A stretch of 64,000 nt of DNA, from assembly GCA_050950765.1 (NCBI GenBank), contig JBMNIF010000001.1, positions 416,001 to 480,000 of the forward strand. Reading direction: 5' to 3'. Source of the stretch: Bdellovibrionota bacterium (GTDB taxonomy: Bacteria; Bdellovibrionota_C; UBA2361; JAAYZI01). Of this stretch, positions 1 to 9,194 are shown in pieces. Made by a program: the position numbers and the translations under genes. Under the pieces are notes generated by a model, which saw only the letters and a program-made list of their open reading frames with translations, did no database searches and had not been told where the DNA came from. Each line of letters begins with the position of its first letter. Within the stretch, counting starts at the first letter, position 1.

Positions 1-1643
1 TAAGTTGAACCGTTTCTGCTTGATAATTCACAAGCTTGTTGAAAGACTTTAAACTGCTCTGGGTCTTTAAAAGTCTCTTCACTGATGTGGAAGTCGCATT
101 TCGGGAACTCAAAAACACGTCCGTGACGGTCGCCTTCTGCAAAAACTTCAAGTAAGGCTGAAGCAAAAAGTCTAGCTTCTTCTTCATATTCACCGTAAGT
201 AACGATAGCTTCGCCACGTTGTTTAAGGTCTTCCTCAACCGCTTTGTCGTAAATAAAGCCGTGCGTTTTATCGAAGCACTCTCTTAAAACAACACGTGAA
301 GAGCCGTCTTTATCGACGTAAGTTAGCTGCATCAGCTTATTACCGGAGGTATCTGTCTCATCTAATAACTCTTCTGTGACGGGAACTTTGGTACCATCCG
401 AGAGTTTTAACATATAAGAACCACCAGGACCAATAGCAGGGACTTTTTTAAGATAATCTGGAATTCCAGTATGAATGTTAAAATCCAAGAAGAGTGTTTG
501 TCCGCCACGAGAAAACGCATTTTGAGAGCCGTTAAAAATCAACTCCTGCGCAACCTGTTTTTTCTCTTTTGCGGTTAGACCTTCTAAGAGTGGCGCATAA
601 AAGATGTTGATGTACGCAATGCCGAGAGCACCTGCATAGTTAGCTTGCATAGAAGCTAAGAAGGTATTGAGGTGACCTGTTAAAACGGAGGCACTGCGCG
701 CCGGATTTGACTCGGTATTTAAGTTTAACAAACCACGCAATCCGTATTTTTTCACGTACTCGATAGAGTGCGAAGAGCAATAAACACGATGCGGATAGCC
801 TAAGTCGTGCAAGTGGATACTGCCTGTGTCATGAGCACGCTTAACTTCCGGAGAAAAGATCGTATCAAGTGCCCACTGCTTCAAAATTAGCTCAGCCAAT
901 CCTAAATTAACAGCCTCTGGATTGTTATTAACGATGTTACTATTCTCTGTGGACTTAGTGAACATCAATTGTTCAATAAAATTTTTGGGCACTGCATAAA
1001 GGGAGAGGTCGCGTAGTTGATCGTGACAACCGCGACCAGAAAGCTCGTTGTTGACCAATTCGCGAATTAAGGTAGTGCTTACAGTTGTAAAATTACCTGC
1101 AATAACGTGATTTTCAACAGCTTTGGCGACCGAGTTTGCAACTTCAAGTGAAAGAGAGGTCTCGTCCATTAGTTGTGCAACAATACGTTGTCGATCCCAA
1201 GGTCGTGTAATGTCTTTTGTGGCAGATTCTACTAAAAGGAGGCTGGCATCTGTAACGTCGACATTTCCTCCTGCTGTATCTGTGACACGAATTCTATTTC
1301 TGGCTAATTCACGTTGCTTGCGATAGCGCTTATAGGCGGCTACCTCTTGTGGGTGCCCAGATTCGGCTAAAACGACTTCAACTAGATCTTGAACATCTTC
1401 AATTTTTGGTATCCGTTTGCCTGTTTTGTCTTTAACGACGTAATAGTCGCATTCAGGATTGTTTAATTCTGATACGACAGTTTTTGCGATCTGAGACGCC
1501 AGTCCTGTTTGGACCTCTGTATTATTTTTATGAGAGACGCTATCTAAAACCTTACTTACCGCACGTTCAATCTTTTGCGATTGAAAAGGCACGATAGAAC
1601 CGTTCCGTTTTTGAAATCCATGAAAACCGTGATTTGCATCCAT
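1..1643 (-). CDS. nrdD: Anaerobic (class III) ribonucleoside-triphosphate reductase, 5' part, with two ATP-cone domains; runs off the window start
   Basis: Manual translation from ATG at 1643 gives MDANHGFHGFQKRNGSIVPFQSQKIERAV (ATP cone), a second cone (RPWDRQRIVAQLMDET...TTLIRELVNNEL) and the NrdD motif AHDTGSIHLHDLGYPHRVYC. Absent from the ORF track because the stop lies outside the window. Confidence 0.92.
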   Translation of the reverse strand, partial: MDANHGFHGFQKRNGSIVPFQSQKIERAVSKVLDSVSHKNNTEVQTGLASQIAKTVVSELNNPECDYYVVKDKTGKRIPKIEDVQDLVEVVLAESGHPQEVAAYKRYRKQRELARNRIRVTDTAGGNVDVTDASLLLVESATKDITRPWDRQRIVAQLMDETSLSLEVANSVAKAVENHVIAGNFTTVSTTLIRELVNNELSGRGCHDQLRDLSLYAVPKNFIEQLMFTKSTENSNIVNNNPEAVNLGLAELILKQWALDTIFSPEVKRAHDTGSIHLHDLGYPHRVYCSSHSIEYVKKYGLRGLLNLNTESNPARSASVLTGHLNTFLASMQANYAGALGIAYINIFYAPLLEGLTAKEKKQVAQELIFNGSQNAFSRGGQTLFLDFNIHTGIPDYLKKVPAIGPGGSYMLKLSDGTKVPVTEELLDETDTSGNKLMQLTYVDKDGSSRVVLRECFDKTHGFIYDKAVEEDLKQRGEAIVTYGEYEEEARLFASALLEVFAEGDRHGRVFEFPKCDFHISEETFKDPEQFKVFQQACELSSRNGST

Positions 1644-1815
1644 TAAATCCCCCCACTAATTATTTATTAGAGTATTTTGATAATTATCTGAAAATTGGTG
1701 TTACAAACCTTAATCATGCAGATACAGACAGGATATTTGCAAAAAAACGAACCAGCAAAACGCGTCTGTAACATAGTGATAGTCAATTTCAGATGACTTT
1801 CCTGTTTAACGAGAT

Positions 1816-1863
1816 ACACAATATGTAGTGGTGTGGCGTTCTGTCAACCACTAGATTTAGTGG
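1816..1863. promoter_or_regulatory. Tandem NrdR boxes upstream of nrdD
   Basis: ACACAATATGTAGTGG (1816-1831) and CCACTAGATTTAGTGG (1848-1863) match the acaCwAtATaTwGtg consensus; starts are 32 bp apart, typical of NrdR operators. Confidence 0.85.
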
Positions 1864-2028
1864 TTTTGAGATTTTTTAGGTGGATGGGTCTAGGGACAGA
1901 ACCGGAAATATAACAGTCTCAAATGGTTAGCGAAAGAAGAACATTGTAGGAACTAAAAAAAAAGTGGATTTCTATTTAAGACAGCGGTTGATTGTGAAAC
2001 AAATCAGGTTTTAGCCTCATTCTAAAAA

Positions 2029-2161
2029 GGACACCCAAACTAATCTTGAATCTTAATGGGACACCCAATAATTGCAAAGAGAGGAGCCAATTCAAAAGTG
2101 GGTGTCCTAATTATTTTAAGCAAAGATTGGGTGTCCTAGTTGTTTTTAAGATTGGGTGTCC
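2029..2161. repeat. Cluster of five REP-like GGGTGTCC motifs (2 reverse, 3 forward) upstream of the RAYT gene
   Basis: GGACACCC at 2029 and 2059; GGGTGTCC at 2100, 2129 and 2154. Confidence 0.85.
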
Positions 2162-2238
2162 TAGTTGTTTTTTAGGAAACTTTTAAATTTTTTAAGCGAC
2201 ATGACCTTCTGAAACTTTTAAATACAAGGAGGTTATTA

Positions 2239-3291
2239 ATGACCACAGCAAGAAAAGATATTATTATAGATGGTGTTGATGCAATTTATCATTGTACAAG
2301 TCGTTGTGTACGAAGAGCTTATCTGTGTGGTAAGGATTTTTTGACCAATGTCAGTTATGAACATAGAAAAGACTGGGTACGTGATAGGTTGATCTTTTTA
2401 TCCTCAATCTTCAGCATAGATATCCTTAATTATTCCATTATGGATAATCACCTGCATGTTCTCATTAAGACTAATTTCAGTAAGTTAAAAACGTTATCAG
2501 ATAGAGAGTTGGCTTACAGATGGAGAAAGCTTTATCCGAAAACTTTTAAGGGAAAGGATAAGCCTGCTACTCCGAGTGAAGAGGAGGTGACGTTGCTGGT
2601 TAATGATACTGTTATGATGCCCAAGATACGAGAACGTCTAGGGAGTGTTAGTTGGTTGATGAAGTCTTTAAGTGAGGATATTGCTAGAAAAGCAAATAAA
2701 GAAGATGAATGTACAGGACGTTTCTGGGAAGGTAGGTTTGGTTGTAAAAGGGTTTTAGATATCGGAGCTGTGTTAAAATGCGCTGTCTATGTAGATCTAA
2801 ATCCTATTCGTGCTGGGAAAGCGAAGACGCCTGAAGATAGCGAATTTACCAGTGTTCATGACAGAATAGAAAGTTCACTTGCTACAGAAAAATTAAAAAC
2901 AATAGGAATTAAGAGTAGGTTAACTAAAAGAGAGTTTAAAGTTCTAGAAGAAAAGGCAAATAAGAGTAGTTGGCTTGCCCCTATATTTAGTACTCCAGAT
3001 AAAAAAGGTTTATTACCTGTGGATTTTGATGACTATTTACAGATTTTGGAATGGACTGGAAAGCAGTTAGTTGAAGGGAAAAGGGGCTTTATTCCGTTAG
3101 ATTTAGTGCCCGTTTTAGAGAGATTAAAGTTAAATTTAGAGAATTGGACTGAAAGTGTAACAACTTTTGGGAAGGATTTTCACTTGGTAATAGGAAGTGA
3201 AAGCTCAATTAGAGCAATATCAGCAGAAAAGAATAAGAAGAAGTGTTTCCACGGCATAGCAGCGGCAAGAAAAACATTCTTTAATGGTTAA
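2239..3291 (+). CDS. REP-associated tyrosine transposase (RAYT)-like HUH/Y1 transposase, IS200/IS605 superfamily
   Basis: YHCTSRCVRR N-terminal motif, HUH motif MDNHLH, FWEGRF and catalytic-Tyr motif YVDLNPIRAG; AGGAGG RBS; no tnpB adjacent. Confidence 0.88.
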   Translation: MTTARKDIIIDGVDAIYHCTSRCVRRAYLCGKDFLTNVSYEHRKDWVRDRLIFLSSIFSIDILNYSIMDNHLHVLIKTNFSKLKTLSDRELAYRWRKLYPKTFKGKDKPATPSEEEVTLLVNDTVMMPKIRERLGSVSWLMKSLSEDIARKANKEDECTGRFWEGRFGCKRVLDIGAVLKCAVYVDLNPIRAGKAKTPEDSEFTSVHDRIESSLATEKLKTIGIKSRLTKREFKVLEEKANKSSWLAPIFSTPDKKGLLPVDFDDYLQILEWTGKQLVEGKRGFIPLDLVPVLERLKLNLENWTESVTTFGKDFHLVIGSESSIRAISAEKNKKKCFHGIAAARKTFFNG

Positions 3292-3453
3292 AATAAGGGA
3301 CATTAAGTAAAAAACACGCTCAAGCTTTCCTGCTAGACAGGAAAGATCTATCAAAAAGGTGATTTTTAGCGGCAAAAATCATTAATAAGAGAAAATTCTA
3401 GAAAAAATCGAGCAAAATTAATTGCTATAAAGCTAGATTTTAGCCTCTTCGCA

Positions 3454-3530
3454 GTAAGTTGGACACCCACCTTTAAGAGGGGCTGATAGGACGCTAAAAG
3501 TGGGTGTCCAACTTACGAAGGTGGGTGTCC
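3454..3530. repeat. REPIN-like inverted doublet of the GGGTGTCC motif plus one single copy
   Basis: GTAAGTTGGACACCCAC ... GTGGGTGTCCAACTTAC is a perfect 17-bp inverted repeat (3454-3516); extra GTGGGTGTCC at 3521. Confidence 0.85.
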
Positions 3531-3840
3531 TATTTGCTATTCTGGAGCAAAAAGCTAGAATTCGCTGAATCGAGGAGGGGGACTCTCTCCTTTGATCTTT
3601 TATAATTTATAGTGGGTATCAGTTAATTTAAGGATTTAACTAGGGTTAATATCTATACCAAAACGCTACCTATTTTATGAGTTGTCTTCTGTTTGTATGC
3701 AAAGTTCTATTACAAAAAGTACAGAGGCAACTGTTGATTAGCTAGTTTTTTTAACTAATCAATAGTTGTCTCCGTGGCTAAGAAATGGTCTTTGCTACTG
3801 ATAGAGATGACATTCATATTTCCTATAGAAGGAGAAAATC

Positions 3841-5157
3841 ATGAAAAAAATCTGTTGGGCGACTGTGGTCGTCCTTTTTGCAACCATCTGCATCCTTTTC
3901 GGGCAATCCTTTTCCGAAAAGAACCAACCTCTCCCCAAAAATCTTGAGGGAGAAACGGCGTCGGTTTCTAACGACGATGGTGACGTGGTTAAAAATGATC
4001 CTACTGCTATCCCTTACGAGGAATCTTCCTCCGAAAGGGGGCAACCTTCCTTCGAAAAAGTGTTGGTCTCGACTAGCGCCGCTTCCAGTGACGAGATCTG
4101 TGGTCCTCCTAGTGATGAAATCATTAGGGGGAGTTGGCAAGCTTTTGCAGCCAAGCTCAAAAGCAATAGTCAAGGGAACTGTGCACTCGATCTGCCGTCA
4201 TTTTGGCGGATGTTCGGATTTTTAGCACAGACAGCAGAAGGTGAGACCCGAGAAAGTTTTACTAACTTTTTGGGATTCGAGTGGACTCCAGCACACTCTG
4301 CTATTGTTCGTGAAATGGGCGGAAAGTCGAATGCACTGGTCGTCTCAAAATACGCCTTGTTGCCTCTTGCTAAAGAAGCTTGTAAAGGTCTTGGAATCGA
4401 GACGGAAGAAGGGAGACCCTTAACCTTTTCTGATATTTCGGCGTTAAATGCCGAACTCGAAGAGGAGACTGGGTTCCCTAGCGTTTTACAGTTGAAAGGA
4501 GACGAAACCGTCACAGGTTTTGCTACCAGCATAGTAGACGCCCCGTGGACAGAAAAGTTTAAGGCGGATCTCGACCGAGAATTTGAGACATCTTCGGGGA
4601 AAACGGCAAAACTTCCGTTCATCTTCGGATCTGTTGCGGCTAAGGAGACGATCTTTCCTGTTCATGGTTGGTTAGTTTTAATGAAGGAGGATTATTCTCT
4701 CTTCTTGTTTGAAACTACCAATCCTGCCGATGACGTCCTTTCTCTCAAAGATACTTTCCAATTTAAAGGGGAGTGGAAAAATGTCTGGCTTCATGTGCCG
4801 GAGATTTTGTTTGAGGACGAGACGGATTTTTTAAGTTTCGTCGATCTTTCGAAAGCTGCGGAGTTTGGTATGACATTGGAAGATGTCACGATGGGAGAGC
4901 TCGGGCAGAAGATAAAGGTGGTCCTTAACAGGACTGGATTCTATTCGGTAGCCGTGACTACGTTAAGGGCTATTTCGATAATTACTAGTCTTCTGCCAGA
5001 GGCCGAAGAGGATGTCTTTATTGACTCCTCCTTCATCGCTATTCTCTTCCATAAGAATCAACCCGTTGTTATCATCTTCGTTGATGATCCGACGTTGACA
5101 CAAAGCGGGGTGAAAAGTGGAGCACAAGATGTTCCAGTTCGAACCTCTGCGATTTAA
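3841..5157 (+). CDS. Secreted divergent serpin-like protein
   Basis: Signal peptide/TM; serpin-like blocks AQTAEGETRESF, PWTEKF, FETSSGKTAKLPFI, QKIKVVLNRTG and FIDSSFIAIL occur in serpin order. Confidence 0.6.
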   Translation: MKKICWATVVVLFATICILFGQSFSEKNQPLPKNLEGETASVSNDDGDVVKNDPTAIPYEESSSERGQPSFEKVLVSTSAASSDEICGPPSDEIIRGSWQAFAAKLKSNSQGNCALDLPSFWRMFGFLAQTAEGETRESFTNFLGFEWTPAHSAIVREMGGKSNALVVSKYALLPLAKEACKGLGIETEEGRPLTFSDISALNAELEEETGFPSVLQLKGDETVTGFATSIVDAPWTEKFKADLDREFETSSGKTAKLPFIFGSVAAKETIFPVHGWLVLMKEDYSLFLFETTNPADDVLSLKDTFQFKGEWKNVWLHVPEILFEDETDFLSFVDLSKAAEFGMTLEDVTMGELGQKIKVVLNRTGFYSVAVTTLRAISIITSLLPEAEEDVFIDSSFIAILFHKNQPVVIIFVDDPTLTQSGVKSGAQDVPVRTSAI

Positions 5158-5193
5158 GTTGATACGTCGACGAAATGAGATGAAATAGGCAAA

Positions 5194-5267
5194 ACTAGCT
5201 GCATCTCTAATCGTTTAAGCGGTTGAGGTGTGGCTCTAACCGTTTAAGTGGTTGAGGTGTAGCTAGT
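5194..5267. terminator. Hairpin between convergent genes, with an internal ~28-bp duplication
   Basis: ACTAGCTGCATCTC pairs with GAGGTGTAGCTAGT; CTCTAAYCGTTTAAGYGGTTGAGGTGT occurs twice. Confidence 0.5.
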
Positions 5268-5387
5268 GGGGTAGATATCTTTGTTTCTTAGGTTTTTTCG
5301 ATTGTCAAGAACTGATACCTACCTCCATTTTTCTTATTTTACGATAGTTTTCTTGCAAATCTGTTTATTTTTAAAAAGAAAATTACT

Positions 5388-5756
5388 TTAAAAAGTACAT
5401 TTTTCAGTCGAGATATGTTTACTAAATGTTTTTGCTTTGACAGTTCCTATGCCATGAACGATCTTTAAGGCTTCATATTTTTTAGCTTGTGGTAGGGTCT
5501 TCTCGTATTGAGCAATCTCTTGTTTCTTTTCCAATAAACGTTCTGCTAATTCATATGAGATGCCTGTAATAAGTTGCAATTCATATAAATCCGTTGAACA
5601 AAGATCTAACTTTTCTCCTTTAGCAAGGAGGGCTTCTCCGTTTTGTGGCGGATCTTTTTGAGCCACCTCCTTTTTTATAAAATAGTGGAACGGAATCTCT
5701 TTAACTAGCAAAAAAAATAGAATGAATACAGCAAAGCAGAGGTAACGGTGTGACAT
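5388..5756 (-). CDS. ComEA-like membrane-anchored helix-hairpin-helix DNA-binding protein
   Basis: N-terminal TM; LDLCSTDLYELQLITGISYELAERLL and IVHGIGTVKA HhH motifs. Confidence 0.75.
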   Translation of the reverse strand: MSHRYLCFAVFILFFLLVKEIPFHYFIKKEVAQKDPPQNGEALLAKGEKLDLCSTDLYELQLITGISYELAERLLEKKQEIAQYEKTLPQAKKYEALKIVHGIGTVKAKTFSKHISTEKCTF

Positions 5757-5876
5757 CTGACAAAATCCTTAATAACTAAAATATCCATACGAAGAATTGC
5801 TATCTATATTATATATCGGATTTTACCGTTAAGTCGTTGCGTGAAGAAAATGATTTTAATCAAAGGAAGTTGAAGG

Positions 5877-6045
5877 AAGTTGGACACCCACCTTTTGGGG
5901 AGGTGTGAATAGAACGCTAAAGGTGGGTGTCCGAATTGCAGCTAGGTATCTGAATTATTGTTAAAAGTGGGTGTCCAAATTACGGTTCTGGCAAGAGTGG
6001 GCGTCATAATGGGAGGATAAATTGTGGTTAAAGTGGGTGTCCTAG
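5877..6045. repeat. Second REPIN-like doublet plus single GGGTGTCC copies
   Basis: TTGGACACCCACC...GGTGGGTGTCCGAA (5880-5935) with a spacer homologous to the 3454 doublet; singles near 5968 and 6033, degenerate copy near 5997. Confidence 0.8.
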
Positions 6046-6053
6046 TTAGTGCT

Positions 6054-6353
6054 TTAAGCCACTACGTTAAGTGTTTTTGTGTTGCCGCCCTCTTTATTCT
6101 CAGCCTCACTGTCAGGTACCTCTTTTTGCGAAGCAAAAGAGCCTTCAGATCTAGCCTGTTCCCTTTTAATAGTGCGTTTTTCATCAGAAACAGAGACTTT
6201 CGATGAACGTTCTGCTGCGACCGTGCTAATTTGTGCTAATACGTGTCCTGAAACCTCTCCTTGAGAAAGACCATTTGCGGCGTGAGGTTGTTGCACCTGC
6301 TGATTTACCTGAGAGGCTGCAATGGAGATAGATGCTGAAATAGGAGAAGTCAT
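6054..6353 (-). CDS. Small low-complexity hypothetical protein ending LNVVA, probably in the flagellar sigma28 regulon
   Basis: GGAGG RBS; upstream sigma28-like promoter; Q/S/A-rich. Confidence 0.65.
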   Translation of the reverse strand: MTSPISASISIAASQVNQQVQQPHAANGLSQGEVSGHVLAQISTVAAERSSKVSVSDEKRTIKREQARSEGSFASQKEVPDSEAENKEGGNTKTLNVVA

Positions 6354-6447
6354 TTTGTATACACCTCCATGTTTTTTAGTTGTCTATAAGTGCTATAGAA
6401 CGGTAAATATCTCGAAATATCTCAACTTTTTTACTTATTAATTGATC

Positions 6448-6474
6448 GTATCGGTAATATGCGTGAAAACTTTA
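6448..6474 (-). promoter_or_regulatory. Sigma28 (FliA)-type promoter
   Basis: Minus strand reads TAAAGTTT-N11-ACCGATAC versus consensus TAAAGTTT-N11-GCCGATAA. Confidence 0.7.
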
Positions 6475-6825
6475 GCTTTTTCTTGCTATAAAATTATGAA
6501 ACCGTTTGCGCTTACAAAAAAGTAACATATTGTAAATATTGAGAGTATCTATTTATAGACTATAAGCAAACGTATTACGAGCAGAGTATAAACGTACTCA
6601 AAGAAGAAAATAGGCTGCTAAAGGAGGAGAGGTGGTAGTTAAGATTCGATCTGATTTCTGAATTTTTTACCTTGAAATCGGCTATCAATGAACTTAACGT
6701 TTTGAAATGTAAGGGAAAGTTTTAAAAAGATCATTAGAAAAAGTAGCTACGGCATAAATTGGAATTAAACTTTATCAACATTCTTATATAGTTATAGTAA
6801 ATGAGGAGCTTATCTCTGATGCCGT

Positions 6826-6982
6826 CGAAGTTTAAAATTTGACTAAAAGTGGGTGTCCTTTTTGAGATCGTGTTGAGAGTTTTGCAATTAAGGAGTTTGA
6901 ACCTTCACAAATACAATAATTTAATAATATCAAAGCATTGGCAGAAGTACAAAATTTAGCTAAAAGTGGGTGTCCTAAATAG
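6826..6982 (+). repeat. Motif-A-terminated repeat elements; left copy of a ~95-bp direct repeat
   Basis: GAAGTTTAAAATTTGACTAAAAGTGGGTGTCC (6827-6858) and AATTTAATAATATCAAAGCATTGGCAGAAGTACAAAATTTAGCTAAAAGTGGGTGTCC (~6918-6975). Confidence 0.75.
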
Positions 6983-7024
6983 GTATTTTAAAAATATTGT
7001 TTATTTATATGGAGAAAAAACAGA

Positions 7025-7339
7025 ATGATCATAACTAATATTGAAAAGCTTTCGAATATGGAGATCATTGAACACTACGGAATAGTCTCAGGAAGCACAG
7101 TTCGTTCTAAAAATTTTCTTAAAGATTTCTTCGCAGGTATTAAAAATTTGTTTGGAGGAGAACTTAAGACATATACACACCTCCTTAACGAAAGCAGGAG
7201 GGAAGCTACTCTCAGAATGATAAAGCAGGCTGAGCAGTTGGGCGCAAATGCCGTTATAAATGTGAGGTTTGCAACTTCCTCGATCACTTCCGGAGCTTCT
7301 GAAATCTATGTTTATGGTACAGCTGTTAAGGTTCGATAA
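7025..7339 (+). CDS. YbjQ/UPF0145 family protein
   Basis: G-V-G...KDFFAGIKNLFGGELKTYTHLLNESRREA...A..LGANAVINVRF...YGTAV signature. Confidence 0.9.
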   Translation: MIITNIEKLSNMEIIEHYGIVSGSTVRSKNFLKDFFAGIKNLFGGELKTYTHLLNESRREATLRMIKQAEQLGANAVINVRFATSSITSGASEIYVYGTAVKVR

Positions 7340-7365
7340 AAATAAAATAATTAAAAGGAGTTTAA

Positions 7366-7818
7366 ATGGATTTTTACCTTCTTCTCTGTATCTGTCTGTT
7401 CATAGCGCTTGTTGTTGGAACCTTAATTGAAAAGTGGGATTATAGAAAAATTAGGAAAAGAGAAAAAGCGTTATTACCTCTTCCTGCTGTCACTTTCGAA
7501 GAAGATGTGCTGGAGGTGAGACCTATAAAAGATGCCAAACTTGTTACGGGCATCTCTGTTGTGGCAAGTGATTTTTTTAAAGTTTTTGTAGGTTTTCTCC
7601 TTTCAATATTAGGTGGAAGGCTCTCTACCTATGAGTCAATACTTGATCGAGCCAGAAGGAAGGCTTTGATAAAGATGAAAGAGCAGGCTGGCGATGCTGA
7701 TATTATCATTAACACTAGGCTTGAATCTGTGATGTTGTTTAATACTAAAGGTCGCAAAAGACCCATACCAAAAGTATCTGTCTTGGCTTATGGCACAGCC
7801 ATTACTTATGAAAAATAA
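7366..7818 (+). CDS. Membrane-anchored YbjQ family protein
   Basis: N-terminal TM; ILGGRLSTYESILDRARRKAL...AYGTAI. Confidence 0.85.
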   Translation: MDFYLLLCICLFIALVVGTLIEKWDYRKIRKREKALLPLPAVTFEEDVLEVRPIKDAKLVTGISVVASDFFKVFVGFLLSILGGRLSTYESILDRARRKALIKMKEQAGDADIIINTRLESVMLFNTKGRKRPIPKVSVLAYGTAITYEK

Positions 7819-7960
7819 AAAGGTTTTCCCCCTGACTTTTTAGTTTTTTTGTCTAAATTTGCCTATCAACAAAGTTAATATGTTAAAATATAAGGTCGAA
7901 TGGATTGAGATCCCCCTTCAGCTGCGGGCTTGAAAATTGGTGTCACTCATCTTTTAAGCG

Positions 7961-8064
7961 CTTTACGATCAAGGGACTTAAACTTTAAAACTGAAACAAT
8001 TTAATAATATCAAGGCATTAGCAGAAGTTTAAAATTTGACTAAAAGTGGGTGTCCTAATTGAGG
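7961..8064 (+). repeat. Right copy of the ~95-bp motif-A-terminated direct repeat
   Basis: AATTTAATAATATCAAGGCATTAGCAGAAGTTTAAAATTTGACTAAAAGTGGGTGTCC closely matches ~6918-6975. Confidence 0.75.
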
Positions 8065-8316
8065 TCGCAGCGGAAGTAGGTGAACTGGTGCTAAAATGAA
8101 GAAAGAAAAAGTATTTGGGTTTCTGTCTGTGGCTTGCGAAAAAGGGGTAATTATGACCTAATCTTCGTTAGTTTTTATCCTTATGGTCGTTTTTCAGAAT
8201 TATATTATTGCAATGGATGAAAGTTGGCGATCATTTTTCTCTATTTTGATGCGATAAAATAAGCTTTTTATTAAAATTCAACAGAAACTACTTATAGAAA
8301 ATAAAGGGGCTCTTTT

Positions 8317-9132
8317 GTGAAGTATGCTAATTTAGATAAACAGCAGCAGCTGCTGGAGAGTAATATAAATGTAAGTAAAGACGGAGACCTTAAGGTTTTT
8401 TTAAGGGCATGCTTAAAGATAACGTTTGGCATAGTCTGTTTCGTCCTTATTGCAGATCTCGCAGCACAATACTTTATTTTAAACATGTCAGTATCTACAC
8501 AACAAAAAATTGAGGATGCCATTGCGAGCTTAATGCCCATTCCCTCAAAAAGTGAAGAGGACTTCCCTCTACTTGAAACAGCTAATAAAATAAAAGAACG
8601 TATTGTCTCTGATTTTGATAAAGATCTCCCGTCTGATCGTTTTAACTTCCGTGTTGTTAATTCTAAAGAAGCTGGAGCTAATGCCTTTGTCGCTCCTGAT
8701 GGGAGGATCTATTTTACCAAAGAGCTACTGGATCTAATAGGATCTGATGAAGAGATCTTGGCGTTTGTTGTGGCGCATGAGGTAGGGCATTATAAAAATC
8801 GTGATCACTTAAGAAAGGTAGGGCGCGGATTTATTATTCTCGGTGGTTCCTTGCTTCTTTCTGATGCAGGTTCTGCCACCTACTTTAGCGACTTTTTGTT
8901 TGACCTTTTGACTATGGGGTATTCAAGAGACGCAGAAAAAAAAGCAGATCGCTATGCTTCTGACTTTATGATGAAGGTTTATAATTCCAATCGAGGTGCG
9001 ATTGATTTTTTTACTAAAAGCGGGGATCCCGATTCTCAGTCAAAGGTCAATGATTATTTTTCATCTCATCCGTCAGATAAAACGAGAGTAAAGTACCTCC
9101 TAAAATGGGGGAAGGAGAACAAAGAAAAATAG
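8317..9132 (+). CDS. M48 family zinc metallopeptidase
   Basis: NAFVAPDGRI, AHEVGH (HExxH), YSRDAEKKAD, SSHPSDKTR. Confidence 0.9.
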   Translation: MKYANLDKQQQLLESNINVSKDGDLKVFLRACLKITFGIVCFVLIADLAAQYFILNMSVSTQQKIEDAIASLMPIPSKSEEDFPLLETANKIKERIVSDFDKDLPSDRFNFRVVNSKEAGANAFVAPDGRIYFTKELLDLIGSDEEILAFVVAHEVGHYKNRDHLRKVGRGFIILGGSLLLSDAGSATYFSDFLFDLLTMGYSRDAEKKADRYASDFMMKVYNSNRGAIDFFTKSGDPDSQSKVNDYFSSHPSDKTRVKYLLKWGKENKEK

Positions 9133-9194
9133 CTTTCCCCTTAAACTTAAGTTGTAAAGTGCCTAATACCTTTTCTAATTTCTGACAGCGCCCC

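Noticed and set aside
3823..4622. Alternative overlapping ORFs in the serpin gene, and similar antisense ORFs within other long CDSs
   Set aside because: Fully nested in better-supported genes, with no independent motifs.
6550..6640. Coiled-coil-like reading frame fragment (…VLKEENRLLKEERW*) as an IS remnant
   Set aside because: Too short, with no diagnostic motif.
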